Below, in pieces: positions 52,151-62,637 of a stretch of DNA of 64,000 nucleotides. Position 1 is the first letter of the stretch, and the number at the start of each line of letters is the position of its first letter. The DNA is from Bythopirellula sp. (GTDB taxonomy: Bacteria; Planctomycetota; Planctomycetia; Pirellulales; Lacipirellulaceae). The DNA lies in contig OZ244170.1 in assembly GCA_965216565.1 (NCBI GenBank), positions 2,240,001-2,304,000 on the forward strand, in the 5' to 3' direction. The position numbers and the translations under genes are program-made. The notes beneath the pieces are model-generated. The model was given only the letters and a program-made list of their open reading frames with translations. It did no database searches and was not told the DNA's origin.

Positions 52151-52231
52151 CGGTCTCTATGTGCCGAATTGTCGCAGTGCCCTTGGCGAACAACGCCCTA
52201 CGCGTTTCAATGTGTACGTAAGGAGTACCCC

Positions 52232-53872
52232 ATGAAAGCATCCGATCTATTTGTCGCGGCACTGGAACAAGAAGAAGTTGAGTACATTTTTGGAATCCCT
52301 GGGGAAGAGAATCTCGATCTGCTCGATTCGCTTTCGGATTCGAAGATCAAGCTCATTCTCACACGTCACGAACAAGCTGCCGGTTTTATGGCGGCCACGT
52401 ATGGACGTCTCACCGGCAAAGCGGGCGTCTGTCTTTCGACCCTGGGGCCCGGTGCAACCAATCTGGTGACCGCAGCCGCCTATGCCCAACTCGGGGGCAT
52501 GCCGATGCTGATGATCACAGGGCAAAAGCCAATCAAGAGCAGCAAGCAGGGTCAGTTTCAAATTGTCGAGATCGTCGACATGATGCACCCGCTCACAAAG
52601 TATACGCACCAAATCGTCAGCGGCTCGAACATCCCCTGGCGTGTGCGCGAAGCGATGCGACTAGCTGAGGAAGAACGCCCCGGTGCCACGCACCTGGAAT
52701 TACCTGAAGACATTGCGCAAGAAGAAACAGACGAACATCCCCAGGAACCCAGCTATGCGCGCCGCCCAACCGCCGAAGCAAAATCGATACGCGCAGCCGT
52801 GGAGAAGATTCACGCCGCGAAGCATCCACTGTTAGTTGTCGGTGCCGCTGCCAATCGGCGTCTTACTTGTCGCATGTTGCGCCGATTTGTCGAAGAAACT
52901 GGCATCCCGTTTGTCACCACGCAAATGGGTAAGGGCGTTGTCAACGAAGACGATCCACGCTTCCTGGGAACCGCCGCACTTTCAGACGGCGACTTTGTCC
53001 ATCGTGCCCTCGATCAGGCAGATCTGATTATCAATGTCGGTCACGATGTGATCGAAAAGCCGCCGTTCTTCATGCATCAAAACGGCAGAGAAGTTATCCA
53101 CATCAACTTTTTTTCAGCTGAGGTCGATCCCGTCTACTTCCCCCAAATTGAGGTGATCGGCGATATCGCGAACAGCATTTGGCAGCTGACAGAGGGAATC
53201 ACTCCGCAGGATAGCTGGGATTTTTCGTACTTCAACAAGGTCCGCGAGGCGGGCGAAGCGCATTTGCAAGTGGGCACCGACGACGATCGCTTTCCCGTCT
53301 ACCCGCAGCGGCTCGTGGCTGACGTTCGCCAGGTGATGCCCGGCAAAGGGATCATTGCGCTAGATAATGGCGTCTACAAGATTTGGTTTGCCCGTAATTA
53401 CAAGGCATTCTCCCCCAACACAGTTCTGCTCGACAATGCTCTGGCAACGATGGGCGCTGGTTTGCCGTCGGCCATGGCAGCGCGGCTCGTGCATCCCGAC
53501 CGCAAAGTGATGGCTATTTGCGGGGACGGAGGATTCATGATGAATTCTCAAGAACTAGAGACTGCTGTGCGGCTCGAGATGGATCTCGTCGTACTCATCC
53601 TCCGCGACGATGCCTATGGCATGATCAAATGGAAGCAGTCTCACATGGGCTTCGAAAACTATGGGCTGGATTACGGCAATCCCGACTTCGTCAAATACGC
53701 CGAGAGCTACGGCGCCCACGGACATCGGGTTGAGTCTGCCGCTGACTTAGTTCCCAAACTGGAAGAATGCCATAGCACGCCCGGAGTCCATGTGGTTGAC
53801 TTGCCGGTAGACTACTCCGAAAACGACCGCATCCTGAATCACGAAATCCAAAAACTAAGCGCTGCTATATGA
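52232..53872 (+). CDS. Acetolactate synthase large subunit-like TPP enzyme
   Basis: FGIPGEEN, RHEQAAGFMA, GPGATN, GDGGFMM. Confidence 0.93.
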   Translation: MKASDLFVAALEQEEVEYIFGIPGEENLDLLDSLSDSKIKLILTRHEQAAGFMAATYGRLTGKAGVCLSTLGPGATNLVTAAAYAQLGGMPMLMITGQKPIKSSKQGQFQIVEIVDMMHPLTKYTHQIVSGSNIPWRVREAMRLAEEERPGATHLELPEDIAQEETDEHPQEPSYARRPTAEAKSIRAAVEKIHAAKHPLLVVGAAANRRLTCRMLRRFVEETGIPFVTTQMGKGVVNEDDPRFLGTAALSDGDFVHRALDQADLIINVGHDVIEKPPFFMHQNGREVIHINFFSAEVDPVYFPQIEVIGDIANSIWQLTEGITPQDSWDFSYFNKVREAGEAHLQVGTDDDRFPVYPQRLVADVRQVMPGKGIIALDNGVYKIWFARNYKAFSPNTVLLDNALATMGAGLPSAMAARLVHPDRKVMAICGDGGFMMNSQELETAVRLEMDLVVLILRDDAYGMIKWKQSHMGFENYGLDYGNPDFVKYAESYGAHGHRVESAADLVPKLEECHSTPGVHVVDLPVDYSENDRILNHEIQKLSAAI

Positions 53873-53935
53873 GGCGTGAAGCTTGCCATGCAAGCCATCG
53901 AAACGCTACGCAGCATTCGCATCGTTCACAGGTTA

Positions 53936-54093
53936 TTTGAACAGGAGGGAACAGAGAAAACGGAGATAATTGGTGAGTCTTTTACTTCTTTCAACGAGAC
54001 GACCGTGATCGGATCGTGATGGATGTTTGATATAGGTAGCAAGAAACTTCCCGATTCCCTATTCTCCGTTTCCTCTGTTCCCTCCTGTTCAAA
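53936..54093. repeat. Non-autonomous element with 31-bp terminal inverted repeats
   Basis: TTTGAACAGGAGGGAACAGAGAAAACGGAGA ... TCTCCGTTTCCTCTGTTCCCTCCTGTTCAAA (one mismatch). Confidence 0.88.
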
Positions 54094-54126
54094 ACAAAAA
54101 ACGAAAATTGCCCCGGGAGCGAGACA

Positions 54127-55554
54127 ATGCTTCAAGATTCCTATCCCTATTACTTGGCAAACAAGCCGCAGAGCCCCAATACCGATTTGGAGGTCACCGA
54201 CAAGTACACCGGCGAAGTAGCGACGCGTGTGGCCCTTGCCGATCCCGCGGCCATCGATCAAGCAATCGCTGCGACCGTCAAGGCGAGCGAGCCGATGCGC
54301 AAGCTTCCGCCCTACGAACGGCAAGCTGTGTTGCAGCATTGTGTCGACCGCTTCACCGAGCGATTCGACGAACTAGCGATGTCGCTGTGTATCGAAGCCG
54401 GCAAGCCAATCAAGGACAGTCGCGGAGAAGTCTCGCGACTAATTGATACCTTCCGCGTTGCTGCCGAGGAGTCGGTCCGCATCGAAGGGGACGTGCTGAA
54501 TTTAGAAATCTCCGAGCGTGCCAAGGGATACCGAGGTATGACGCAGCAGGTACCGGTGGGCCCTTGCTCATTTATCTCGCCATTCAATTTCCCGCTGAAT
54601 CTGGCGGCCCATAAAATTGCCCCGGCCATTGCCGCGGGATGTCCGTTCGTCCTCAAGCCCGCCAGCCGCACCCCGATCGGGGCGATCATCATCGGCGAAA
54701 TCCTGGCCGAAACCGATCTTCCCCCCGGCGCGTTTTCCATTCTTCCCTGTCGCCGCGACGGTGCCGATTTGTTCACCGTAGACGACCGACTGAAACTGCT
54801 CAGCTTTACCGGCTCCCCCGGCGTCGGGTGGGATCTCAAGGCCAAGGCCGGCAAAAAGAAGGTTGTCTTGGAACTGGGTGGCAATGCCGCATGTGTTGTC
54901 GACCAGGATGTCGACTTGGAAGATGCAGTGCAACGTCTCGTCGTGGGTGCCTTCTATCAATCTGGCCAAAGTTGTATTGGTGTTCAGCGGATTCTCATCC
55001 ACGAATCTATTTACGACGAACTGAAAGAACGACTTGTAGCGGCGAGTTCCAAACTGATTGCCGGCGATCCCAAGAATGACGATACCTTCATCGGTCCGAT
55101 GATTGCCGAATCGGAAGCAGAGCGATTGAAGAATTGGATCGATGCCGCAGTGGACGCCGGCGGCAAGGTCTTGTGCGGCGGCAAACGTGACGGGGCCATG
55201 CTCGAGGCAACGTTGCTAGAGGACGTGCCCCGCGACATGAAAATCTGCACCGAAGAAGCGTTCGGCCCGGTCGCTGTGCTGAGCCGCTTTTCAGATTTCG
55301 ACCAGGCACTAGTGGACGTCAACGATAGTGATTTCGGCTTACAAGCCGGCATCTTCACCCGCGACGTATACAAAATGTTGCGCGCGTGGGACGAACTCGA
55401 AGTTGGCGGTGTCGTCATCGGCGACGTCCCCTCCTGGCGCGTCGACAACATGCCCTACGGCGGCGTAAAGGACAGCGGCTTAGGCCGCGAAGGTATTCGT
55501 TACGCCATCGAAGACATGACCGAAGAGCGACTACTCGTCATCCGCACGCCGTAA
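54127..55554 (+). CDS. Aldehyde dehydrogenase family protein
   Basis: PFNFP, FTGS, LELGGN, GQSC, EAFGP, PYGGVKDSG. Confidence 0.96.
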   Translation: MLQDSYPYYLANKPQSPNTDLEVTDKYTGEVATRVALADPAAIDQAIAATVKASEPMRKLPPYERQAVLQHCVDRFTERFDELAMSLCIEAGKPIKDSRGEVSRLIDTFRVAAEESVRIEGDVLNLEISERAKGYRGMTQQVPVGPCSFISPFNFPLNLAAHKIAPAIAAGCPFVLKPASRTPIGAIIIGEILAETDLPPGAFSILPCRRDGADLFTVDDRLKLLSFTGSPGVGWDLKAKAGKKKVVLELGGNAACVVDQDVDLEDAVQRLVVGAFYQSGQSCIGVQRILIHESIYDELKERLVAASSKLIAGDPKNDDTFIGPMIAESEAERLKNWIDAAVDAGGKVLCGGKRDGAMLEATLLEDVPRDMKICTEEAFGPVAVLSRFSDFDQALVDVNDSDFGLQAGIFTRDVYKMLRAWDELEVGGVVIGDVPSWRVDNMPYGGVKDSGLGREGIRYAIEDMTEERLLVIRTP

Positions 55555-55645
55555 CCTCCCCGCAAATCGATCCGAACCGCAACCATCCCTCAATATTCAC
55601 TCGAGAGCCTCACCCCTACTTGAACACTCTGGTAGACTCTTCGTT

Positions 55646-56152
55646 ATGGAAAACTCTCCTCAACGTAGCACTTGGCGATTCTCTCTTCGCGAAATGCTTC
55701 TTTCAATGGCAGCCATCGCAGCAGTCTTGGCCTTGTTAGTAACAAACAAACCGTATTCGTCGACATCATTCCCAACCGCACTTGATGAAAAGGCGATTCT
55801 GAGCCAGATAGCCACTGATTTGGGACTTTCGATTGAGTATGAAACAGGCTCCGGCACTGGCGCTGTTGACTGGAGCGAAGGTTGGCGAGATGCAAACTTG
55901 CTTGTTACCACCCCAGACGTCGAAGCTTTCCAAAAACGTGTCATGCCAGAATTCCAGAATCGCATAAGGGACATTATTGATAATGCGGGCGGTACGTCCG
56001 AGATCATCTTAGAAAAACCCTCTGGCAATTCGAAGTTGAAGGCTTTCACAATGCAGTACCACATTCGAGGGACAACTGGAAGAGTTCGGGTGATTTCTAT
56101 CAAGCAAGAGGACAACAAGTTCCGGATTCTTTTTTTTGTGGATGAATGGTGA
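55646..56152 (+). CDS. Hypothetical membrane-anchored protein with RFSLREML motif
   Basis: 168-aa ORF, WRFSLREMLL followed by hydrophobic helix. Confidence 0.7.
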   Translation: MENSPQRSTWRFSLREMLLSMAAIAAVLALLVTNKPYSSTSFPTALDEKAILSQIATDLGLSIEYETGSGTGAVDWSEGWRDANLLVTTPDVEAFQKRVMPEFQNRIRDIIDNAGGTSEIILEKPSGNSKLKAFTMQYHIRGTTGRVRVISIKQEDNKFRILFFVDEW

Positions 56153-56450
56153 AACGCCTCACAATGTTTAACAAGAGTCCAATCCCGCACACAGGCTCTT
56201 CTTACTTGGCATATAGAAGTAACATTCCGTAAAACAAGCCTCGCCGAAGATCGTCTATTCCGGCCTTGATAACATTTAGTTAGTCATTCTGTTGTTGGGT
56301 ATTGCTAAATAGAAGTCCCTGCGCTCTTCATCGAGCGATCCACTCTCTTCACCTTGCGCAGAACTCATTTGGTTCTCTTGACAGCGATGCTATGCTGATC
56401 GGAAGATCAGTGCATGTCACATTCTTCTCCATAGTAACGGTGAACAAACT

Positions 56451-58100
56451 ATGTACTGCTCCACGCTCTCGAACGTCGGCTTAACAATCGTTCTCGTTGG
56501 GGCCCACATCATGGGTGTCTCCAGTTTCGCGCTGGGCGAAGATACGATTGATGCCGATGTCTTGCTTGTCGGGGGCACCATTTTCGATGGCACCGGTGCG
56601 ACGCCCATCGAGGGTGATGTGGCAATAGCCGAGGGCCGCATCGTTGCCGTGGGTGAGTTTGAAACTGGAACCGTTGGCAGAAAGATTCCCTGTGCTGGCC
56701 TGATGATTGCCCCCGGCTTTATCGATCTGCACAACCATAGCGACTTCAGCGTCACCAACATCAACAAAGGCGAGGGCGACCCCAACAAAGTCCCGCGCAT
56801 TTTGATGGATCAGACCCGCGAGTCGGCTTGCTATCTGACGCAGGGTTGCACGACGATCGTCACCGGCAATTGCGGGGGTGGAGCGGTTGATGTCGCAGCC
56901 TATTACCAGGCGCTGGACGAAAACAACCCTGGCGTGAACGTAGCGCATTTGTTGCCGCATGGTTCGTTGCGGGCGAAAGTCATCGGCGAAACGCGTCGTG
57001 CGCCCTCAGATGCCGAGCTGGCTGAAATGAAGCTACTCGCTCAGCGGGCAATGGACGAGGGGGCCTGGGGGATGTCCACCGGTTTGCAGTACGTGCCAGG
57101 ATCGTTTGCCGAGACCGATGAGTTGGCCGAGATCGCCGGCGTAGTTGGCAAAAACGGCGGCATTTATGCCAGTCACATGCGCGACGAAGGCGACGAGCTC
57201 ATCGAAGCGATTGAAGAAACCATCGAGATCGGTCGTCGCGGCAATCTGCCCGTGCATATCTCGCACCTGAAATCGAGCCGACGTCGTAACTGGGGCAAGG
57301 TCCGTGTGGCGGCGACGGTCGTCAACAAAGCACGCGAGGAAGGCCACCGCGTCACCGCGGATCAATACCCCTACGATGCCAGCAGCACGTCGATCACCGC
57401 GATGCTCCTTCCCGATGAGGAGCGCGAAGGTGGCAGGGATGCAACCGTGGCCCGCTTGAACGATCCCAACCAAATCCCGCGGCTCAAAGCGCTCGTCGAA
57501 GAAAACCTGGAAGCCCGGGGCGGGATCATGGTGGCTGGCTGTCCCAAACATCCAAAGTGGATTGGGCGAATGATCCGCGAGATCGCCGAGGCCGAAGATC
57601 GACCTGCCGCAGAGATTGCCTTGGACATTCTCCGCACCGGAGACGAGTCGGGCGTCAGCTTTAGCATGGACGAACGTGACGTGCGGTTCGTGATGACACT
57701 TCCCTGGGCCGCGACCGCTTCGGACGGCAGTGTGAAAATCGCCGACGACACGAAACCCCATCCCCGCAGTTTCGGCACATTCCCCCGTCGCATTGGCCGC
57801 TTTGCCATTGAAGAAGGCGTCGTCCCCGTGGAAAAAGCGATCCGCAGCGCTTCCGGACTTCCCGCTGATATTATAGGTCTCCAGGACCGAGGCTATCTCA
57901 AACCCGGCTACGTGGCCGATGTGGTGGTATTCGATCCAGAAACCTTCCGCGACCATGCCACCTTTCAATCGCCGTTCGAATTCTCGACCGGCGTGAAGTG
58001 GGTACTGCTTGGAGGAAACTTCGCCATCGAAGATGGCAACCTCACCCAGCCCGATGCGGGGCAGCCACTACGCAAGTCGACCGCCAAATCACTCGACTAA
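56451..58100 (+). CDS. N-acyl-D-amino-acid deacylase (amidohydrolase)
   Basis: PGFIDLHNH, GNCG, STGLQYVPG, SHMRDE, SDG, HPRSFGTFPR; start could be 56511. Confidence 0.93.
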   Translation: MYCSTLSNVGLTIVLVGAHIMGVSSFALGEDTIDADVLLVGGTIFDGTGATPIEGDVAIAEGRIVAVGEFETGTVGRKIPCAGLMIAPGFIDLHNHSDFSVTNINKGEGDPNKVPRILMDQTRESACYLTQGCTTIVTGNCGGGAVDVAAYYQALDENNPGVNVAHLLPHGSLRAKVIGETRRAPSDAELAEMKLLAQRAMDEGAWGMSTGLQYVPGSFAETDELAEIAGVVGKNGGIYASHMRDEGDELIEAIEETIEIGRRGNLPVHISHLKSSRRRNWGKVRVAATVVNKAREEGHRVTADQYPYDASSTSITAMLLPDEEREGGRDATVARLNDPNQIPRLKALVEENLEARGGIMVAGCPKHPKWIGRMIREIAEAEDRPAAEIALDILRTGDESGVSFSMDERDVRFVMTLPWAATASDGSVKIADDTKPHPRSFGTFPRRIGRFAIEEGVVPVEKAIRSASGLPADIIGLQDRGYLKPGYVADVVVFDPETFRDHATFQSPFEFSTGVKWVLLGGNFAIEDGNLTQPDAGQPLRKSTAKSLD

Positions 58101-58297
58101 TAGACTCGTTAAACCTAGATCCGTCACCAACTCGCACGCAGGAACCGAACTACGGAGTACCAATCGATTGCATGTCGCCCGTTGGCAATGGAGACACATT
58201 CAAGGAACTATGGAGACACAATCAATAAACATAGCCCAGCAGCCGCACCCTGCTGCTGCAGCCATTCTCTATCGTAAGAAACTACCGACCTGAGAGC

Positions 58298-58492
58298 CTA
58301 TTGATCTTCGTCGGCGTCCATCTCCGACTCTTCTCCCTCCTCATAGGCACTTTCAACTTGGTCGCTGGGCAGATAGTCGAGATCCCAGTGCGACGTATGA
58401 TCAGTCTTCACTTTCTCCGAATGAATCTTATCCTCTTCGTCGCCGTTATCTTTTGGATCTTCTTGGTCCGGGATTTCGTCAGGTTCGCTCAT
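58298..58492 (-). CDS. Small acidic hypothetical protein
   Basis: 64-aa D/E-rich ORF with GGAGA RBS upstream. Confidence 0.55.
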   Translation of the reverse strand: MSEPDEIPDQEDPKDNGDEEDKIHSEKVKTDHTSHWDLDYLPSDQVESAYEEGEESEMDADEDQ

Positions 58493-58812
58493 CGTGGTCT
58501 CCGTATGGTGATTCAGCCGTACCTTGTTAATACTAGACCCTAATTGAATCTAGCAAAGGGCCTAAGTAAGCCAAGCACGGTTGAATCCCATTAGACCTGA
58601 TAAACTTTTTCATGTTGGTACAGCAACTTCTGCTGAAAGTAGCGATCGTAAACTCTTTAAATGCTCGACCCCACCGACTTCGTCGGCCAAGTCGGCCAAG
58701 TAACGGCGCGATTGGCCAACAAATTCGCACTCGGCAGCCTATTTCGCTACAATTTGGGTCTGCTTGTCTCTCTCCTTCGACATGCTCGCCATGGTCTCGG
58801 AAAGCCGGTGCG

Positions 58813-59970
58813 ATGAAACAATCGAAATCAGGAATCTCTCTGCTGGAACTGCTGATCGTAATGATCACGGTCGGATTACTTGGCGTTTTCTCAGTAAGTG
58901 GCATCCTGAAAGCCCGGGAAAAGACTCGGCAATCGCGGTGTGCTCTCAAATTGAAGAAGATCCTCCGTGGCGTGCAGCAATACGAAAATACCCAAGGCTG
59001 CTATCCCCCGGGACGGCTCTTTCCCGACTTCGCAAAGAACGGACAAATCAAACGAGGGTATACCAATTACCAGAGCATTCCTCAGACTGAAGAATATAGT
59101 ACTGGGTTCTACTCTGTTCATACCTGGATTCTTCCCTACGTCCGAGCGAGTCATATCTTTGACATGATCGATTTCTCCCGCGCTCAAGGGAAGAAGATGG
59201 AGAATCCCCGCAATATCAATTTCGACGCCTATGTCAAACCGATGCCACTGTTCAGATGTCCGGCAGATGTTAGCACTGAAAAAAGACCCACTGAAAACAA
59301 CTATCGCTACAACTTCGGCGGAGACACTCCAGGTGCCGGAATAAAGACTTGGGATGGGCTTGACAGCAAACCGAGCCGCTTCGATCAATGGTTCGTTGGA
59401 GGCACAGGAGCATTCACGATTGGTCTCAAAGGCCTAGAGACCGGTGAATTTGAGGATGGTTTGACTCACACAGTCTTCTTCTCGGAGAGAACAAGGGGAG
59501 AAAATGGGGATCCAAATCTCCCACCCAGCCAAACCGACATGGTGCGATGTCGGTCGGTTCCCAATCCCCTAGGTTCTGTTGAATTTCTATTTGAGTTGCT
59601 TGATGGTATGGAGAATAGAGATACTGGCTTCATTTTTCGTGCTGCTGGGAGCTGGCCAAAGGAAAATGCTTTCTCTGATGGCTGGCCTTTTGGCATGTAC
59701 ACTGCGACTCAATATAATCACGTCTCTCCACCTAACTGGAGAAGGACGGATTGCGGCGTCAGCTTCGTTTCCGATACACCTCTAGAACACGCCATTGTCG
59801 CCGCCCGCAGCCGACACCCCAACTCCGTAAACGTCGCCTATGGCGATGGCAGGGTGAAAAACATCAAAGACGATATCGACCTCACCATCTGGCGAGCCTT
59901 AGGTTCTCGCAACGGCGGGGAACTCATTCCTCAAAAACGATCTCGCCGTCCCCGTCGTCGACCATTTTAG
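58813..59970 (+). CDS. DUF1559 domain protein with prepilin-like N-terminus
   Basis: GISLLELLIV, FRCPAD, FEDGLTHT..FSE, RSRHPNSVNVAYGDG. Confidence 0.9.
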   Translation: MKQSKSGISLLELLIVMITVGLLGVFSVSGILKAREKTRQSRCALKLKKILRGVQQYENTQGCYPPGRLFPDFAKNGQIKRGYTNYQSIPQTEEYSTGFYSVHTWILPYVRASHIFDMIDFSRAQGKKMENPRNINFDAYVKPMPLFRCPADVSTEKRPTENNYRYNFGGDTPGAGIKTWDGLDSKPSRFDQWFVGGTGAFTIGLKGLETGEFEDGLTHTVFFSERTRGENGDPNLPPSQTDMVRCRSVPNPLGSVEFLFELLDGMENRDTGFIFRAAGSWPKENAFSDGWPFGMYTATQYNHVSPPNWRRTDCGVSFVSDTPLEHAIVAARSRHPNSVNVAYGDGRVKNIKDDIDLTIWRALGSRNGGELIPQKRSRRPRRRPF

Positions 59971-59986
59971 ATCGGAGCTTCTGAAC

Positions 59987-60694
59987 GTGTCGAACCACTC
60001 AACTACCACTAAATTTACATCTGGGTTCCCACTTCTATTGCTATGTCTCTGCGGCGGAGTACTCGCAGGAGTCGTCTATTCTCAGGATACTCCAGAAAAA
60101 TCTAGAGTGGCCGATACGGGGGGATTAATGAACAGCCATCGCCTAGGCAAACTGCTCAAACAGCATTTCCCCGCAGCTCCCTTTCAACACAATGGCGCTG
60201 GTATGTGGATGATACAAGTCGACGCTGACCCGGATGAGAAAGCAGTCTCAGAAAACGAAGAAAATTCTACTACTGAGAAAAACGGTGCGGTAACCGATGA
60301 AGGGGAGGAAGGGGCAGCACCAGATATCATGAACGGCATGATGCTGGTGATGACCGACGAGCAGGCCAACCGTATGCGAATCATGATGCCCATCAAGACT
60401 TTCGATCCTGGTAATGCAGAAGACCTGAAGACAGCGCTAATCGCCCTACATGCCAACTACGACCGTGCTCTCGATGCTCGCTACGCTGTAAGTGAGGGTA
60501 TTCTGTGGTCTGCCTTCATCCATCCCTTGGGTTCGCTCACCGAAGATGATCTCGACAGTGCGATCGAGCAAGTTCGCACACTACGCAAAAACACCGGCAC
60601 AAGCTACAGTAGCGGCGCTCTGCAATTCGCCCCCCGACCCGCCGAGCAGCCCGACGAAGATGCGGACGAGCCGCCCGGTGATCCTACCGTGTGA
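59987..60694 (+). CDS. Hypothetical protein, possible CesT/YbjN-like chaperone fold
   Basis: ANRMRIMMPI, ANYDRALDARYA, LWSAFIHPL, GTSYSSG. Confidence 0.65.
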   Translation: MSNHSTTTKFTSGFPLLLLCLCGGVLAGVVYSQDTPEKSRVADTGGLMNSHRLGKLLKQHFPAAPFQHNGAGMWMIQVDADPDEKAVSENEENSTTEKNGAVTDEGEEGAAPDIMNGMMLVMTDEQANRMRIMMPIKTFDPGNAEDLKTALIALHANYDRALDARYAVSEGILWSAFIHPLGSLTEDDLDSAIEQVRTLRKNTGTSYSSGALQFAPRPAEQPDEDADEPPGDPTV

Positions 60695-60744
60695 GTCTTT
60701 TTTCGCGAACCAACCTGGCGATATCGCCCTCTCGGATCGTTGCT

Positions 60745-62127
60745 ATGAATCGCTTTCTACTTGTCGTTATGTTGTTCAGTCTCGGTACGATTAGCGTTGT
60801 CGCAGGAGAAACCGAGTTCAACAGTCCACCTGTAGCTGTCCGATTTTGGGGCCAGGGAATGATCTCCATCGAGACTTGGTGGAATCTAACCGTGGTGATC
60901 GACCCTTACGATGAAAGAATTGGATACGACCGGCTCGGTTACGAGGAGATTGACTATCAAGGCCCCAAACTCACCGCGGACTTGGTACTAATCACGAAAG
61001 AGCAGTCCGACTACAACAAGCCCAATGCCGTGAAAGGAAAACCTGTTATCGTGCAGGGGCTCGACCCGCAGGGTAGGGTGCAAATGACCTGGGGTGCACT
61101 CGATCGACCAGCCAATGCCAAATCACCCACCTGGCAACAGGGAACCAGCGACGAGCCACGTCCAAAAAATCTATCCCCTCACGCCGTGGTGGTCGAAACC
61201 CTCGCCGCCAAGCGGTACAAGTCGACGGGCGACGCCGGAGAGGCTGTGGCAATTTTTGTCGTCGAAGTCGGTGGCGTCCGCATCGCGCACTTGGGTGAAT
61301 TTTGGCCGGCGCGGCTCACTGACATTCAGCTCAAGTCTCTTGGAAGCATCGATGTCCTTTGCGTTCCTCAGGGAGAGGGCAGCACGGTTGATGCTGAACA
61401 CGCTTGGACCATGGTTGAACAAATTCGCCCGCGGTTCCTAGTATCTCTCGATTACAAGCGAGATTGGCAAGCCAAAGCAGGAGCAGTCGGCACGGCGATT
61501 CTTGAAAAATACCCGGGAGCTATGATTCGCGACGGTAATACGTTGGCTGTCTCCGCCGCCGAAGCCGTGGAAGATCAGGATCCTCTCCATGTGATTCTCA
61601 TGTTCAAGCCCTGGCAGCCCGACGGAGAGCTAGAAGCCCTGATGAAAAAGATGGACGAGTCGTGTCACGCAGCGCAAGAAGTATTCGCCCCTCTCTCAGC
61701 CAACCAAATGAATTGGAAACCGCCCAACGGCACCCACACGCCGCGCTGGAATACCGAACATATGATGGGAAGACAACTTGGCTTTTTCTCTCAAATTTTC
61801 GCGGCCGCCAATCATCAGCTCTTCTCAGAGATCGACCCCAAATGGTCGATGATGTCGCCCATTGATTTGAATCCAAAGCAAATGCCCGCCGATTACCAAC
61901 CTGCACATCCCGATTGGAACGGAGCCGAAGAAGCCCGGCAAATGCAACGGGCAAATTCTTACGTCCGGCGGTTTGCCTATCTGCTGGATGACGTCGAGCT
62001 TGATGAACAGGCTCCCGGCAGTCGGTGGACGCTCCGTGGCTTACTTAAACAAATGGATCGCCACTTCACAGAACATACCGCGAACGTGCAGAAAAAATTT
62101 GAACTAGAGGGTTGGCCGGAGAAGTAG
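60745..62127 (+). CDS. MBL-fold domain (degenerate) fused to DinB-like domain
   Basis: VVIDPY, ADLVLIT, RIAHLG, IDVL; C-terminal HTPRWNTEH...HFTEH. Confidence 0.8.
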   Translation: MNRFLLVVMLFSLGTISVVAGETEFNSPPVAVRFWGQGMISIETWWNLTVVIDPYDERIGYDRLGYEEIDYQGPKLTADLVLITKEQSDYNKPNAVKGKPVIVQGLDPQGRVQMTWGALDRPANAKSPTWQQGTSDEPRPKNLSPHAVVVETLAAKRYKSTGDAGEAVAIFVVEVGGVRIAHLGEFWPARLTDIQLKSLGSIDVLCVPQGEGSTVDAEHAWTMVEQIRPRFLVSLDYKRDWQAKAGAVGTAILEKYPGAMIRDGNTLAVSAAEAVEDQDPLHVILMFKPWQPDGELEALMKKMDESCHAAQEVFAPLSANQMNWKPPNGTHTPRWNTEHMMGRQLGFFSQIFAAANHQLFSEIDPKWSMMSPIDLNPKQMPADYQPAHPDWNGAEEARQMQRANSYVRRFAYLLDDVELDEQAPGSRWTLRGLLKQMDRHFTEHTANVQKKFELEGWPEK

Positions 62128-62250
62128 CGATTGCTTAGCCCGGCCGGTACTGCACGACCATTAGGCTGGTTGCCCCTTGGCCCTAAGTCAACCAGTGGCC
62201 ACAAGGCAATCGGTGACCCAAAGGCAAACTGGGCGAAATCAAGAAGTAAG

Positions 62251-62322
62251 CTAGCCCGCCAGGACTTGAACCTGGAATGAGGGAATCAGAATCCCTAGTG
62301 TTACCAATTACACTACGGGCCA
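62251..62322 (-). tRNA. tRNA-Gln (anticodon CTG), CCA not encoded
   Basis: Reverse complement TGGCCCGTAGTGTAATTGGTAACACTAGGGATT-CTG-ATTCCCTCATTCCAGGTTCAAGTCCTGGCGGGCTAG folds as a cloverleaf. Confidence 0.97.
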
Positions 62323-62637
62323 ATGTGGGGTCGCTACCTGTGGGGAACGAACCTGCCGCAACTCGATACCCTACGTCTGACGCGGGCCAGCGTCAAGATC
62401 GTCGCCGGAGGGCGGGTGGCTGGGGTCGAACAAAGTGAGCCCCCAGTCGGAGCGGTTTGGGAGCTCGTTACACTCGATCTCAGCCTCCTGAAATTCGAAG
62501 TGAACCACTACCCGATCACCCAACAGTTGACGGCGCAGTCGGTACAACTTTAGAATCGCAGGGTTGTCTCCCATTGATTCTCCAGGCGTTCCCCGATTGC
62601 GACGCACCCTGGATCCCGCCAACCCCATGCGACTGCT

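Noticed and set aside
55646..62322. Genomic island integrated at tRNA-Gln
   Set aside because: No integrase and no convincing duplicate of the tRNA 3' end in the window
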